Made by a program: the position numbers and the translations under genes. The notes beneath the pieces are model-generated. The model had not been told where the DNA came from, searched no databases, and was given only the letters and a program-made list of their open reading frames with translations. From the NCBI GenBank assembly GCA_937625935.1, contig OW569386.1, positions 310,001 through 374,000 on the forward strand: a stretch of DNA of 64,000 nt. Reading direction: 5' to 3'. This document shows positions 54,956 to 64,000 of this stretch, piece by piece (positions within the stretch are counted from its first letter, which is position 1; every line of letters starts with the position of its first letter). This DNA comes from Tetramitus jugosus (Eukaryota > Protista > Heterolobosea).

Positions 54956-55544
54956 GATGACTTACTTTGATAAGTTATGATGATGAGTTTTTTTTTTTGT
55001 GGTTGTTGTTGTTGGTGGTGTGATTTTGAGTGGCCGAACTTGGTTGTGGGGAGAAATTTTTTTGGGGTGACCGTCTGTCCCAATTCAAATGAACTTCTTG
55101 TTGTGAAGGGAAGAGAGAGAAGCTCTGTGTGTAGATGCTATGATATTGCTTTTTTATTTTTTTGTTTTGTTGATGATGTTGGATAAGTGTTGGTTTGGAA
55201 TAGTCACTTGTCAGGAACGGAAGACAGAATCCAATGTCTTCACGCTTGACAAAAAAAGAGTTGATGAATCCGCCAATCTATCAATGACAGGAGTTTGTTC
55301 TGATGAAAACGAAATCCAAAAACAAGCCAAAAACTACACCCTATTTATTTGGATTTGTTTGTCCTAATGGGATGATGATGTCTCTTGGATATTTGGCTCC
55401 TTCGCGTTCGAAGCAAGGCCTTGTTTGGAAACGCGCTCAAGCAAAGTGACGTGTACGCAAAAACATCGGCGCATTGTCAATGCTCCTTCACACGCAACAG
55501 TAAGATTTGAATCAGTAGTCGTCGACGTTGGTTGACTTTTTGTC

Positions 55545-56123
55545 TCAACGATTCTTGTTGTCTTCTTCTCTGCGCTTCTGTGGGTTCATAACAGGAGAGC
55601 GACCACCACCGTCAAACATTTGATGAAAGCTATCGAGGTCCAACTCATTCCATTGAGTTGAACCAGTCGTAGCATTGGCTTGTCTTGTTCGACGCATGGC
55701 TGCAGCTTCGGCTTCATCGTCCTCATCTTCATTGAAATCAAACCGACTCAAGCTCGCATACAACACACTTTCATTGTCAATCGTAGAATTGTTCATATTT
55801 GCCCGATTTCCGCCGTTTGCGCCGCCCGTAGAGCCACCACCCGAGGAATTGGCGCGAACATTGCCAGTTTCGTCATCAAAGTCGATGAATCCTTCAAACT
55901 CGTAGGAAAATGTGCCATGGCCACTGGTGCCCAACAGAGCAATTCTCTGGACAATTTCATTGGTGCATCCAGGCAAAGACAATTGAACTTCTCTCAGAGA
56001 TGATTGAAGCAAGCCATTAATATCCACTTGATCATCAATCAGTCTCTCACTGATCCACTCACCGTCAACAATGTCAATCAAGTCATCCATGGGACACACA
56101 GAATGAATATCACTGTCTGACAT
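55545..56123 (-). CDS. Anaphase-promoting complex subunit APC13-like
   Basis: LIDIVDGEWISERLIDDQV and QWNELDL resemble the two conserved Apc13 blocks (LDLIDDAWREDKLP...KWTDLAL). Confidence 0.65.
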   Translation of the reverse strand: MSDSDIHSVCPMDDLIDIVDGEWISERLIDDQVDINGLLQSSLREVQLSLPGCTNEIVQRIALLGTSGHGTFSYEFEGFIDFDDETGNVRANSSGGGSTGGANGGNRANMNNSTIDNESVLYASLSRFDFNEDEDDEAEAAAMRRTRQANATTGSTQWNELDLDSFHQMFDGGGRSPVMNPQKRREEDNKNR

Positions 56124-56323
56124 GTTCCGTCCTCACAACAATGATTTCTTCCGTCGTATTTGTGTTTTTCTTGTTTTGCGCGCCAGAATGGGATTCTACT
56201 CTCCGACTTGAATATCTCCTACTCGGTCTTTCCTTTGTACAAAAGCACAAATAAAACAAACTCAATGAACACGTCATACAACAACAACAACTACAACAAA
56301 GCCACAACAGGAACAACAAGAAG

Positions 56324-58240
56324 ATGAAACGTTCTCAATCACAAGTTCAACTTGACACTCGAAACAACACATTCTACCAATCCTATTTTGGTAAAACAGA
56401 TCATCTCTTGCAACAACAAATTCAAAAGAAGCAAAATTCTCCGACTGTCGTTTCATTTAACATGGATCAAACTTATCACCCACATCCACATCATCATCAT
56501 CATTCTCGTTCTCCATCAGGTAGTTCCACACCAATCATGTCATCATCATCATCTCATTCTTCACCACGACAATTACAATCTCCTCCTCCTTCTCACCTCT
56601 TTGCTTCACACACTAACAATAGTAATAATAATAGTAGTAATAATAGTAGTGAAGGTAATGATGATGATGATGATGATGGTGAGAATGGTGGTGATAGAAG
56701 AATGAGTGTAGAGTATGATCATCATGGAGAATTGTCATCATTTGTTGATCACTTTAATAGTAACAATAACAGTAATCAGAGTAGTCATAAGAATGATAGT
56801 GATGATAGTGATAGTGATAGTGACAATGATAATTTTCATCACTTTAACAAAACATCAAGTCATCAGATCAACAATAATAATAATAATAATAATAATAATA
56901 GTAATGATGGTCAATATCAATCTTATTATTCATCGTCCTATTCACCTCGACCTACCTTTAACAACACTAACAGTAATAGCAATAATCCAACTCTTATCAT
57001 ACCCAATCATAACCATACCAATAACAACATGAATAACAATAATAGTAATAACAATAGTAGTAGTAACAATCTAATGACAAGTCTAAATACGACCATACCC
57101 AGTGTATCAACCGTCATTGATCTGTATGACATGTACGATGAACTGAGACAAGATTACTTGTCCATCAAGAAACAATTGGCGAGTCTAAAGCTCGAAGTTC
57201 GAGGTGTTGCAGAAGAGAGCAGCATGTGGACACTCAAGTACTCTCGTCGCTTCCTCATTACGTCCAACATTCTACTATCGAGTTATCTCCTATCGAACCG
57301 TATACTTCAAATATTGAATGATCACTCTAGGAGCTTGTTGAGTTCGGTGATGAATCCTTTTGGTTGGTTATTGTCAAGTTTCAAGAGCAGTCGGGGTGCT
57401 GCTGCTGCTGCTGTATCGAAAAAGGTCAATGGTGTGGGCGTTGGTGTGGGTGCTGCCGCGGCGAGCACGGGAAAGCAAATTATTCAAAACACATTGGGTG
57501 CATTGGTGGAGCGACCAGAGATTTTATCGTCGTATAGCGCCTTCAAAAAACAGTTTCTGAGGCGTGGAAGAAGTGCTCATCATGCTTCGTCGATTGGTGT
57601 GGGTAGTATGGGTAGTGGTGCAAGTGCTGTGATTGGTGGTGGTGGTGGCAGCAGCGTAGGTGGTCTGAGTACTGGCACAAATACCTCATCGATTCAAATT
57701 ACAATCGTAAAGCTCATTTGGCGCCAATTGGTATTGGCGGGGTTATTGCTGTTTAGCTCCTACTGGGTGGGTAATGCTAGGACTGCATGGAAGCGCAAGA
57801 TTGGTATCGTGATGTCCTTCTTGACCAATATGCACTTGGCTCTCACATCTGATGTGAGTCCATGGACCATTTACTTTAACATGTTTACACTCTTGTTGTA
57901 CATTACTGCACGGCACATGAAAAATCAACCATTGCCACAAGCACTGCAAACGATTCGAAAGAGCTTATCAATGAGCAGTTTCCAATCCTCTGCGACCAAG
58001 TCATCCAACTTTAAGAAGATGCAACACAAGTTGCTCAAGGACAGTGGAAAAAACAAGAAGCAGCTCCTCAGTAGCAGTTATCAACATCTTCACGATGGTG
58101 AAGACGATGATGATGAGCATGGAAAGTTCGTGGCACAGGAGTGTGAGAACTACAAGGTCATTAATGTCAACTATGGTACGAGTAGTTCAACGACTCCGAC
58201 CACTGAAAAGGAAACAACTGTGGATCTCAGTCATGAATGA
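56324..58240 (+). CDS. Hypothetical membrane protein with Asn/Ser/Asp-rich N-terminus, coiled coil and 3-4 TMs
   Basis: 638-aa ORF; no family recognised. Confidence 0.65.
   Translation: MKRSQSQVQLDTRNNTFYQSYFGKTDHLLQQQIQKKQNSPTVVSFNMDQTYHPHPHHHHHSRSPSGSSTPIMSSSSSHSSPRQLQSPPPSHLFASHTNNSNNNSSNNSSEGNDDDDDDGENGGDRRMSVEYDHHGELSSFVDHFNSNNNSNQSSHKNDSDDSDSDSDNDNFHHFNKTSSHQINNNNNNNNNNSNDGQYQSYYSSSYSPRPTFNNTNSNSNNPTLIIPNHNHTNNNMNNNNSNNNSSSNNLMTSLNTTIPSVSTVIDLYDMYDELRQDYLSIKKQLASLKLEVRGVAEESSMWTLKYSRRFLITSNILLSSYLLSNRILQILNDHSRSLLSSVMNPFGWLLSSFKSSRGAAAAAVSKKVNGVGVGVGAAAASTGKQIIQNTLGALVERPEILSSYSAFKKQFLRRGRSAHHASSIGVGSMGSGASAVIGGGGGSSVGGLSTGTNTSSIQITIVKLIWRQLVLAGLLLFSSYWVGNARTAWKRKIGIVMSFLTNMHLALTSDVSPWTIYFNMFTLLLYITARHMKNQPLPQALQTIRKSLSMSSFQSSATKSSNFKKMQHKLLKDSGKNKKQLLSSSYQHLHDGEDDDDEHGKFVAQECENYKVINVNYGTSSSTTPTTEKETTVDLSHE
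56870..56900 (+). repeat. (AAT)n/(AAC)n trinucleotide tract encoding poly-Asn
   Basis: Visible aataataat run; similar coding microsatellites occur in the CRT-like and 5-phosphatase genes. Confidence 0.8.
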
Positions 58241-58731
58241 AATGGATGACAAAATTGACAACGAATGGTAATTACATTTTATTGAATGTGTCTTCAGAAC
58301 TCTGAGTGCACAAATCAAGCAGGAGATCTCTCTGCGGAGTGCTCAATTCGGGAGTTGCACTGCTACAGTAACAAGTCAATTGTTCGCCGATTCAAGTCCA
58401 GATAACAAGGACTGTCAATCGTGTGTTTCCGTAGTGCTTCCGATACTAACTCCAATCGGAGTTGGTAATTGGAAGTCACATGTACAGTAAATAGGAGCAG
58501 CACAAGAAAAATCAATGCATTTAGAATCTTGTTCTTGTGCACTGCTAGATTTTGGGATAACAGGAATACAATGTCACTTCGGTGTGTCCACATGTCTTTT
58601 GTTCTTTCTTGCATTTGATCGGATTTTGATCAATGAGTTGGTTGTATTGCTCTGCACACACGAATGGGCAAGATCATAATTTTATCTCGGAACAAGATCT
58701 CATGGATGGCACAGAGAAAGTCGTTCTGTCT

Positions 58732-60753
58732 TTATTTTTGACTAACAAGACCCATTGATCTCACATCAGCGAATATGTTTTCAGGGTCAAACTTTGCCTT
58801 TGCTTTCTTCAGTTCACTCCACAACTGTACGCCATATTGTTTTTGCCAGTCGATTGTGCACCAGCCAGGGATAAAATTGGTTGGATACAACGACGCGTGA
58901 ACCAAATTGTTCTCAAAGCTCGAACTTTGACTAAATTTTTCCCAGACAGCCCTATTGCTGTTCATTTGGAAGTTTAATCCTTCATCGGATCCTGTTTGTT
59001 CGTCCCTTCCGAGACACATCAAATAAACCCATTCATCTTCCTTTCCCTGGTTTTCTTCTCCGTTGCTGTGAGAAATGTTAGGATAGGACAAGAAGGATTC
59101 ATTGTTGCGACAACAGACATCTCTTCTCAATGGATAGAAGCCAATGTGACCTCCACCTTGATCCTTCATCAAATCCAATCCATTCAACGTCTCTTGCAAG
59201 TAATGTCTAGCAGTGTGCTCCGTAAAGATAATGTTCAACCAGCAATGTCTCTTGGACCATGATCCTATGTGGTTCAAGAATGGAATCGTCACCAAATTCA
59301 ATCGATCATCCCAAGCTAGTGTGTCCATGTCCGAATGAGCATAAATCAGAGCTTTTATGCCTCTGTTGCCTTCTTCTCCCAGCTTGTCATTGATGGCTTG
59401 CACTGTCAAAGCATGTTGTGCTTCATCGGTGCCAAATCTTGTCGAGAGCTCTAGCATGTACACCCATTTTTGTTCACTTGCCTTGGAAGCCAATTGTTCA
59501 ATGGCTTCATCACACTGAGAACCACTGGTATTGCCAGACATGGCCATTGCTTGAATAGTACCAACTTGATTTGCCATGACAAAGGTCTGAAGGGTCAAAA
59601 TGCTCTCTCCTCCCCTAGTGTTCAACTCATTCTTGTTGTCAACAGCAACAAATTCATCATAAATGACATTCATGCTGTCCAACAAGTCATTCACATGCTC
59701 AAAGACAAAGTGATAGACTCGAGTCATCGCATCATGCGGCTCCAGCTCAAGCTTCAACTTTGTAATCACTCCAAACTGTCCCATACCACCTCTCACCGCA
59801 CAAAACAACTCTTTGTGCTCTGTTCGCGAGCAAATGACAACTCTACCATCGCCCAACACCACTTCCAACTGCTCTACATTGTCAATGCACGGTCCATGCT
59901 TGATATTATCACCTCCGAATCCTCCAATCGCAACTGTGCCTCCCACAGTCAAATTCAAATAATCAGGTATGGTTCTCGGTCTCATCCCATATCGCTTTGA
60001 AGTAGCTCTGAGCACTTGAAGCCACGTACAACCTGCTTCTACCCAAACACTCTGAGACGGAGAATTCTTCTCCTTGCTCTTTTCGTCATGTGTTGGTTGA
60101 CTAGGACAATCATCATCCAGCAAAACTCGATTCATGTGAGACATGTCCAGCAAGACACAAAAGATCCAATTGGATTCATCATCTTTTGTCGGCAACAATG
60201 ACGATAACTTGTTACTAGGTAAGACTTGAGAAGCACCACAAACATTTCCTCCAGCTCCTCTCACAACCAACTGAATTCTCCATTTTCTTCCCTTCTTCTT
60301 CTTCTCATGTTCAACAACATCATCATGTTTAGCTTTCTGTCCTTGATTGTTGAACTCGAACAAAAATTGAACCAACAACGCAACGTCGCTTGTTTCGCAC
60401 GGAACAAACACAATGCGAGGCACCTGATGAACAATATGTCCATAATCTTCTGCATACTGACGCAACAATTGTCTCTTTTGCTCACCTTGTCGTTCATGAA
60501 TGATTCTTCCCTTGAAATCCTTCATCTTCTGCTTCTTGTCGTCGTCATCATGTTCACAACAGTCATCGTCGTCATGATGATGATCAAATGCCCTGATGAG
60601 TCGTGTGAGAATATGTTCTTCTTCTTCATTCACAGGAGTGGTTGTTGGCTCATCTGTGATTTCAAAGTCAAATGGGTCAAATGCATGAATGACTTTAAAG
60701 CATGAATCTTGCAGTGCTTGTTCTTGTTCTTGTGGTGGTTGTTCTTGGGTCAT
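58732..60753 (-). CDS. Cytokinin dehydrogenase (CKX)-like FAD-linked oxidase (VAO/PCMH family)
   Basis: DYGHI, VEAGCTW, DYLNLTVGGT, KHGP...NVEQLEVVLGDG, LFCAVRGGMGQFGVIT, HCWLNI, DWQKQYG...KAKFDPENI. Confidence 0.82.
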   Translation of the reverse strand: MTQEQPPQEQEQALQDSCFKVIHAFDPFDFEITDEPTTTPVNEEEEHILTRLIRAFDHHHDDDDCCEHDDDDKKQKMKDFKGRIIHERQGEQKRQLLRQYAEDYGHIVHQVPRIVFVPCETSDVALLVQFLFEFNNQGQKAKHDDVVEHEKKKKGRKWRIQLVVRGAGGNVCGASQVLPSNKLSSLLPTKDDESNWIFCVLLDMSHMNRVLLDDDCPSQPTHDEKSKEKNSPSQSVWVEAGCTWLQVLRATSKRYGMRPRTIPDYLNLTVGGTVAIGGFGGDNIKHGPCIDNVEQLEVVLGDGRVVICSRTEHKELFCAVRGGMGQFGVITKLKLELEPHDAMTRVYHFVFEHVNDLLDSMNVIYDEFVAVDNKNELNTRGGESILTLQTFVMANQVGTIQAMAMSGNTSGSQCDEAIEQLASKASEQKWVYMLELSTRFGTDEAQHALTVQAINDKLGEEGNRGIKALIYAHSDMDTLAWDDRLNLVTIPFLNHIGSWSKRHCWLNIIFTEHTARHYLQETLNGLDLMKDQGGGHIGFYPLRRDVCCRNNESFLSYPNISHSNGEENQGKEDEWVYLMCLGRDEQTGSDEGLNFQMNSNRAVWEKFSQSSSFENNLVHASLYPTNFIPGWCTIDWQKQYGVQLWSELKKAKAKFDPENIFADVRSMGLVSQK

Positions 60754-61022
60754 TGTTATGGTTGGTTGTTATGCTATCTTTTGGAGGTTTACTTCTTTCG
60801 AAAACACACACATAATAGTTTTAACACACACGATTGTGGTGGTTTTCATGGCTTTTATGGGAAACGATGACAAGTCCAATGTCAAGGGAGGACCAAAGAT
60901 ATGTCCGGGTTGTTTTTAGAGGAGACAAGAATACCCGCTGAACAAAAAAGAGCAACGAGCGCGCCGCTAGACAGTTCTGTAATCCAGAAAAAGTAAGTCA
61001 ATAAGTCAGAACGCTTGTACAT

Positions 61023-62412
61023 ATGTTAGTATCGAATAGAGTGACAAGAGTGATCGTTGGATCCATCTGTCTGTGGTTGGCCTTTATGTTTTCCTCTGTC
61101 CAAGGGCACGACAATGGCCTGGCAAGGACTCCACCAATGGGTTTCAACAATTGGAATCAGTATGCAGTTTTCTTTCAACTTTTTGTACAACCATTCCCAC
61201 CATAACTCGAGTAAGGATGTAACTAACTGATCATTGGGCAATGGCAACGCTTGTATTCTCAGATTTGGATGCAATATCAATGAAACAATCATTATTCAAA
61301 CAATTGACTCCATGGTCAAGAGTGGATTGAGAGACATTGGATATCGATATGTGAATATTGATGATTGCTGGGCCATGATGGAAAGAGATCCTAAAACCTT
61401 TAGAATGATTCCGGATACTGTTCGATTCCCCAATGGTATCCATGCACTGGCCAAGTATGCTCACAGTAAGGGCATGCTCCTCGGTCTTTACAGTGATGTT
61501 GGATTGAAAACATGTGCAGGATATCCTGGAAGTTATAACTACTTTGAGATTGATGCCGATACGTTTGCAGAATGGGAAATTGATTATCTGAAGCTCGACT
61601 ATTGTCACACGACCGATGACCAACAGAAAGAACCTTGGAATGACTACTACCGCATGAGTAAGGCGTTGAACAGTACTGGAAGGCCGATGGTCTCTATTTG
61701 CAACTGGGGAGTGAAGGCGCCTTGGGAATGGGCACCAAAGATTTCCAACTTGTGGCGTACCACTGGTGATACTGCTGCGAATTGGCCAGCAATCATGAGT
61801 CTCTTGGATGCCAATAGAGAATTGTACAAATACTCTGGACCTGGAGCTTGGAACGATGCAGAGATTCTGGAAGTAGGTGTCAAGACAGATTCTGGTCAAC
61901 TGACTCCTACGGAATCAATGGCTCATTTCTCTCTGTGGGCAATGTTGAACTCTCCACTACTGCTCGGAAATGATTTGAGGGATTTGAGAAGCATGGCACC
62001 TTGGGTTTTCGATATCATTACAAACAGAGATGTAATCGCCATTAACCAAGATTCATTGGGAAAGCAAGCATACATGGTATCAGAAATTATCAAGGGAGTC
62101 AACATCACCACAGGTGAATGTCTCCTCAAGTCAAACTCGTGCATGAGAACAGAAATTTGGGTCAAGCCATTGTCGAACGATGCATTTGCTGTTGTATTGT
62201 TCAATCGAGCAGGCAGAGTTGAGAACGATCCTTACTTCGGAATCACTGATGTTGAACTCTCGTGGAGAGATCACTTGAAAATTCAACCTCAGAGTGAGTT
62301 CTACATCAAGGATCTTTGGGCTAGAAGATACCTGGGTATTGTGAGAGATAGTTTGAGTGTTTCTGTTGCTCCTCACGGCGTAGCCATGTTCCATATGACA
62401 CCAATGGTGTAA
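61023..62412 (+). CDS. Secreted GH27 alpha-galactosidase; exons 61023-61159 and 61263-62412
   Basis: Signal peptide, DNGLARTPPMGFNNWN, YVNIDDCW, YLKLDYC, WRTTGD, SPLLLGND; in-frame GTATGC...CAG intron. Confidence 0.93.
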
Positions 62413-62499
62413 CACATTGTGATATAAACTCGTGTAAATAAATTGTATTCATTTGTGAACAAGATGTACAATGCAAGAATCTAGGAAGGTAATCTGTAT

Positions 62500-63525
62500 T
62501 TAGGGCCGAAATATTGGCGTGCTGGTCGAGCGGGCAACACTGCTTCTTTGACTTTTTGACGTCGTGCTCATTCTCATGCTGTCACTTCTCAAACTGACAG
62601 AACTTCTGGGAGTACTAGTAACACTACTCCTACTTGATGATGTTCCTGTTCTTTTGGTCGCTTTGAGTCTGGGTAGAACAGGTATCTCTCCTACTAACTG
62701 TTGAGGGAACATGTCGACCATTGATTGCAATCCTCCTGATAGCAAATACACGTTGTCGAAACCTTTTTCGAAGAACAAGTTCCCCATAGGAGCAGCAATC
62801 TTCTCATCCCAATCATAAATTACAATGATTTTATCTTTACAATTTTTCTATACAATTAAGACATCTTATTGTAAGTCATGTCTACGCTCAATAGGTTAAT
62901 GTTACAATCATACAAAACTATTCAAATACATACAAAAGCCAACAGTTCTGGAGTTAACGCATTCACCGATCGAGAAAGTCTTGGTGCTTCGTACAATAGG
63001 GCTCCTTCTATATGGCACTTGGAATAGGCTTCTGAATCTCTCACATCCAACAGCAGCATCCTATGGTGAATCACTTGATTTACACGGTTCGTCTTTCTCT
63101 GTGTCAACATCTCCTGATCACTTATCATATCATCAGGTATTAACAGTTGTGACTCTCTATGGATCAAAGTACTTGGTTTTTCTTCGTACAAGCAATCTTC
63201 ATCTTCGCCATGTCTGAGCATGACAAACTTTGCTAGCTCAGCATTCTTGATTCTCTCAAAATTCTCCAGTCTTCTGAACCGAGCATCTTCAACCAAGATG
63301 GAAACGGTGAACAAGGATCATTCAAACAACAATAATAGAACTAGAATATTAGTAAATAATAAGAATTTCCTTGTACATACTCACAAAGCTCTCTCCTCCC
63401 TTCTTCTGTAAGAATTTTTCAATTGTTAAACCAGAATCGATCGTAGCTTTTACATGACTGTACCGAGCAGTTTTGGGTACTTTCTTGTTGAGCACATCCT
63501 TGTCACCAATTGGCTTGCCAATCAT
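62500..63525 (-). CDS. CEP41: Centrosomal protein CEP41 (rhodanese-like domain); exons 63525-63381, 63286-62934, 62847-62500
   Basis: LNKKVP...YSHVKATIDSG; spliced VNARFRR; LLLDVRD...CHIEGA...ELLAF|KN...IIVIYD...EKGFDNVYLLSGGL. Confidence 0.85.
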
Positions 63526-63628
63526 TGCATTTGAAATAAACAATAGATAGTTGGAGCTAAAAACAACGGTTTTTTGCGTTTATTCGTCCGTAGCTTCGGC
63601 GAAAAGCGAACAGTTTGAGCGGGCAAAC

Positions 63629-64000
63629 CTAGCAGAACTTCCTGAAGCCCATTGAGGCACCAGACTGAATGTCAAGAATTGTTCTGTAGACGCCAGTTCC
63701 CAGCATAAACATGCAGGAGACAACAATTGTTCCTACAACAATAAATACAACAAGTGAGGCCTTGTTGTACTTCTTGAGCAACTTTCCGATCAAATACTGA
63801 CCCATCATGCCAGATCCAATACCAAACACAATGTACCACAATCCATAGTCCCATGGAATAGCACCAATGATACTGAATTGAGCAGCAGTACTCGATGAAG
63901 TGAAAAAGATCATGAAAGAACTGGTGGCGACCGATACCTGTGGAGGAACACCCATTGAAAGAAGAAGCGGCCCTGTGACCATACCACCTCCAATACCAAG
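63629..64000 (-). CDS. TauE/SafE-family membrane transporter, 3' part
   Basis: LGIGGGMVTGPLLLSMGVPPQVSVATSSFMIFFTSS...MGFRKFC; 5' end outside the window. Confidence 0.85.
   Translation of the reverse strand, partial: LGIGGGMVTGPLLLSMGVPPQVSVATSSFMIFFTSSSTAAQFSIIGAIPWDYGLWYIVFGIGSGMMGQYLIGKLLKKYNKASLVVFIVVGTIVVSCMFMLGTGVYRTILDIQSGASMGFRKFC

Noticed and set aside
58363-58614. 83-aa ORF with one hydrophobic segment
   Set aside because: Short, lies in the probable 3' region of the CKX-like gene, no supporting motif.
1-64000. tRNA, rRNA, snoRNA or CRISPR arrays
   Set aside because: No cloverleaf, rRNA-like tract or spaced direct repeats seen; scattered C/D-box-like words lack convincing partners. 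A covariance-model scan would be needed to exclude small RNAs.

Overview
Gene-dense eukaryotic (protist) nuclear DNA, not prokaryotic. It carries about 40 compact protein-coding genes on both strands, short intergenic spacers, many head-to-head pairs and occasional short GT-AG introns (about 70-170 nt, often with CTAAC/CTGAC branch-like motifs). All three standard stop codons are used, mostly TAA. Centriole/cilium genes (CEP41, LRRCC1-like), Asn/Gln/Ser low-complexity tracts and a cytokinin-dehydrogenase-like gene would fit a free-living flagellate/amoeboflagellate such as a heterolobosean, but taxonomy cannot be proven here. Recognisable genes include borealin, COMMD5, eIF2B-epsilon, p24/TMED2, PITH, nitronate monooxygenase, MIOX, GPCAT, a CRT-like transporter, CHMP3, GON4L-like, syntaxin, inositol 5-phosphatase, APC13, GH27 alpha-galactosidase and CEP41, plus one IS5/Harbinger-type DDE transposase. 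The standout is a divergent eRF1 (class-1 release factor) gene at 27308-28853. Its frame is broken right after the (N)IKS loop by GTT-TAA-C, and skipping one base restores the conserved ...IKSSV-NRQSV... sequence. This is the layout of the autoregulatory +1 frameshift of bacterial RF2 (CTT-TGA-C), here in a eukaryotic nuclear eRF1 that also has altered stop-decoding residues. A 1-nt sequencing error or a recent pseudogene is the main alternative. Other notable items are a cathepsin-B-like protease with an inserted CBM52-like glucan-binding module and a CKX-like enzyme lacking the covalent-FAD His. No rRNA, tRNA or CRISPR array was seen.
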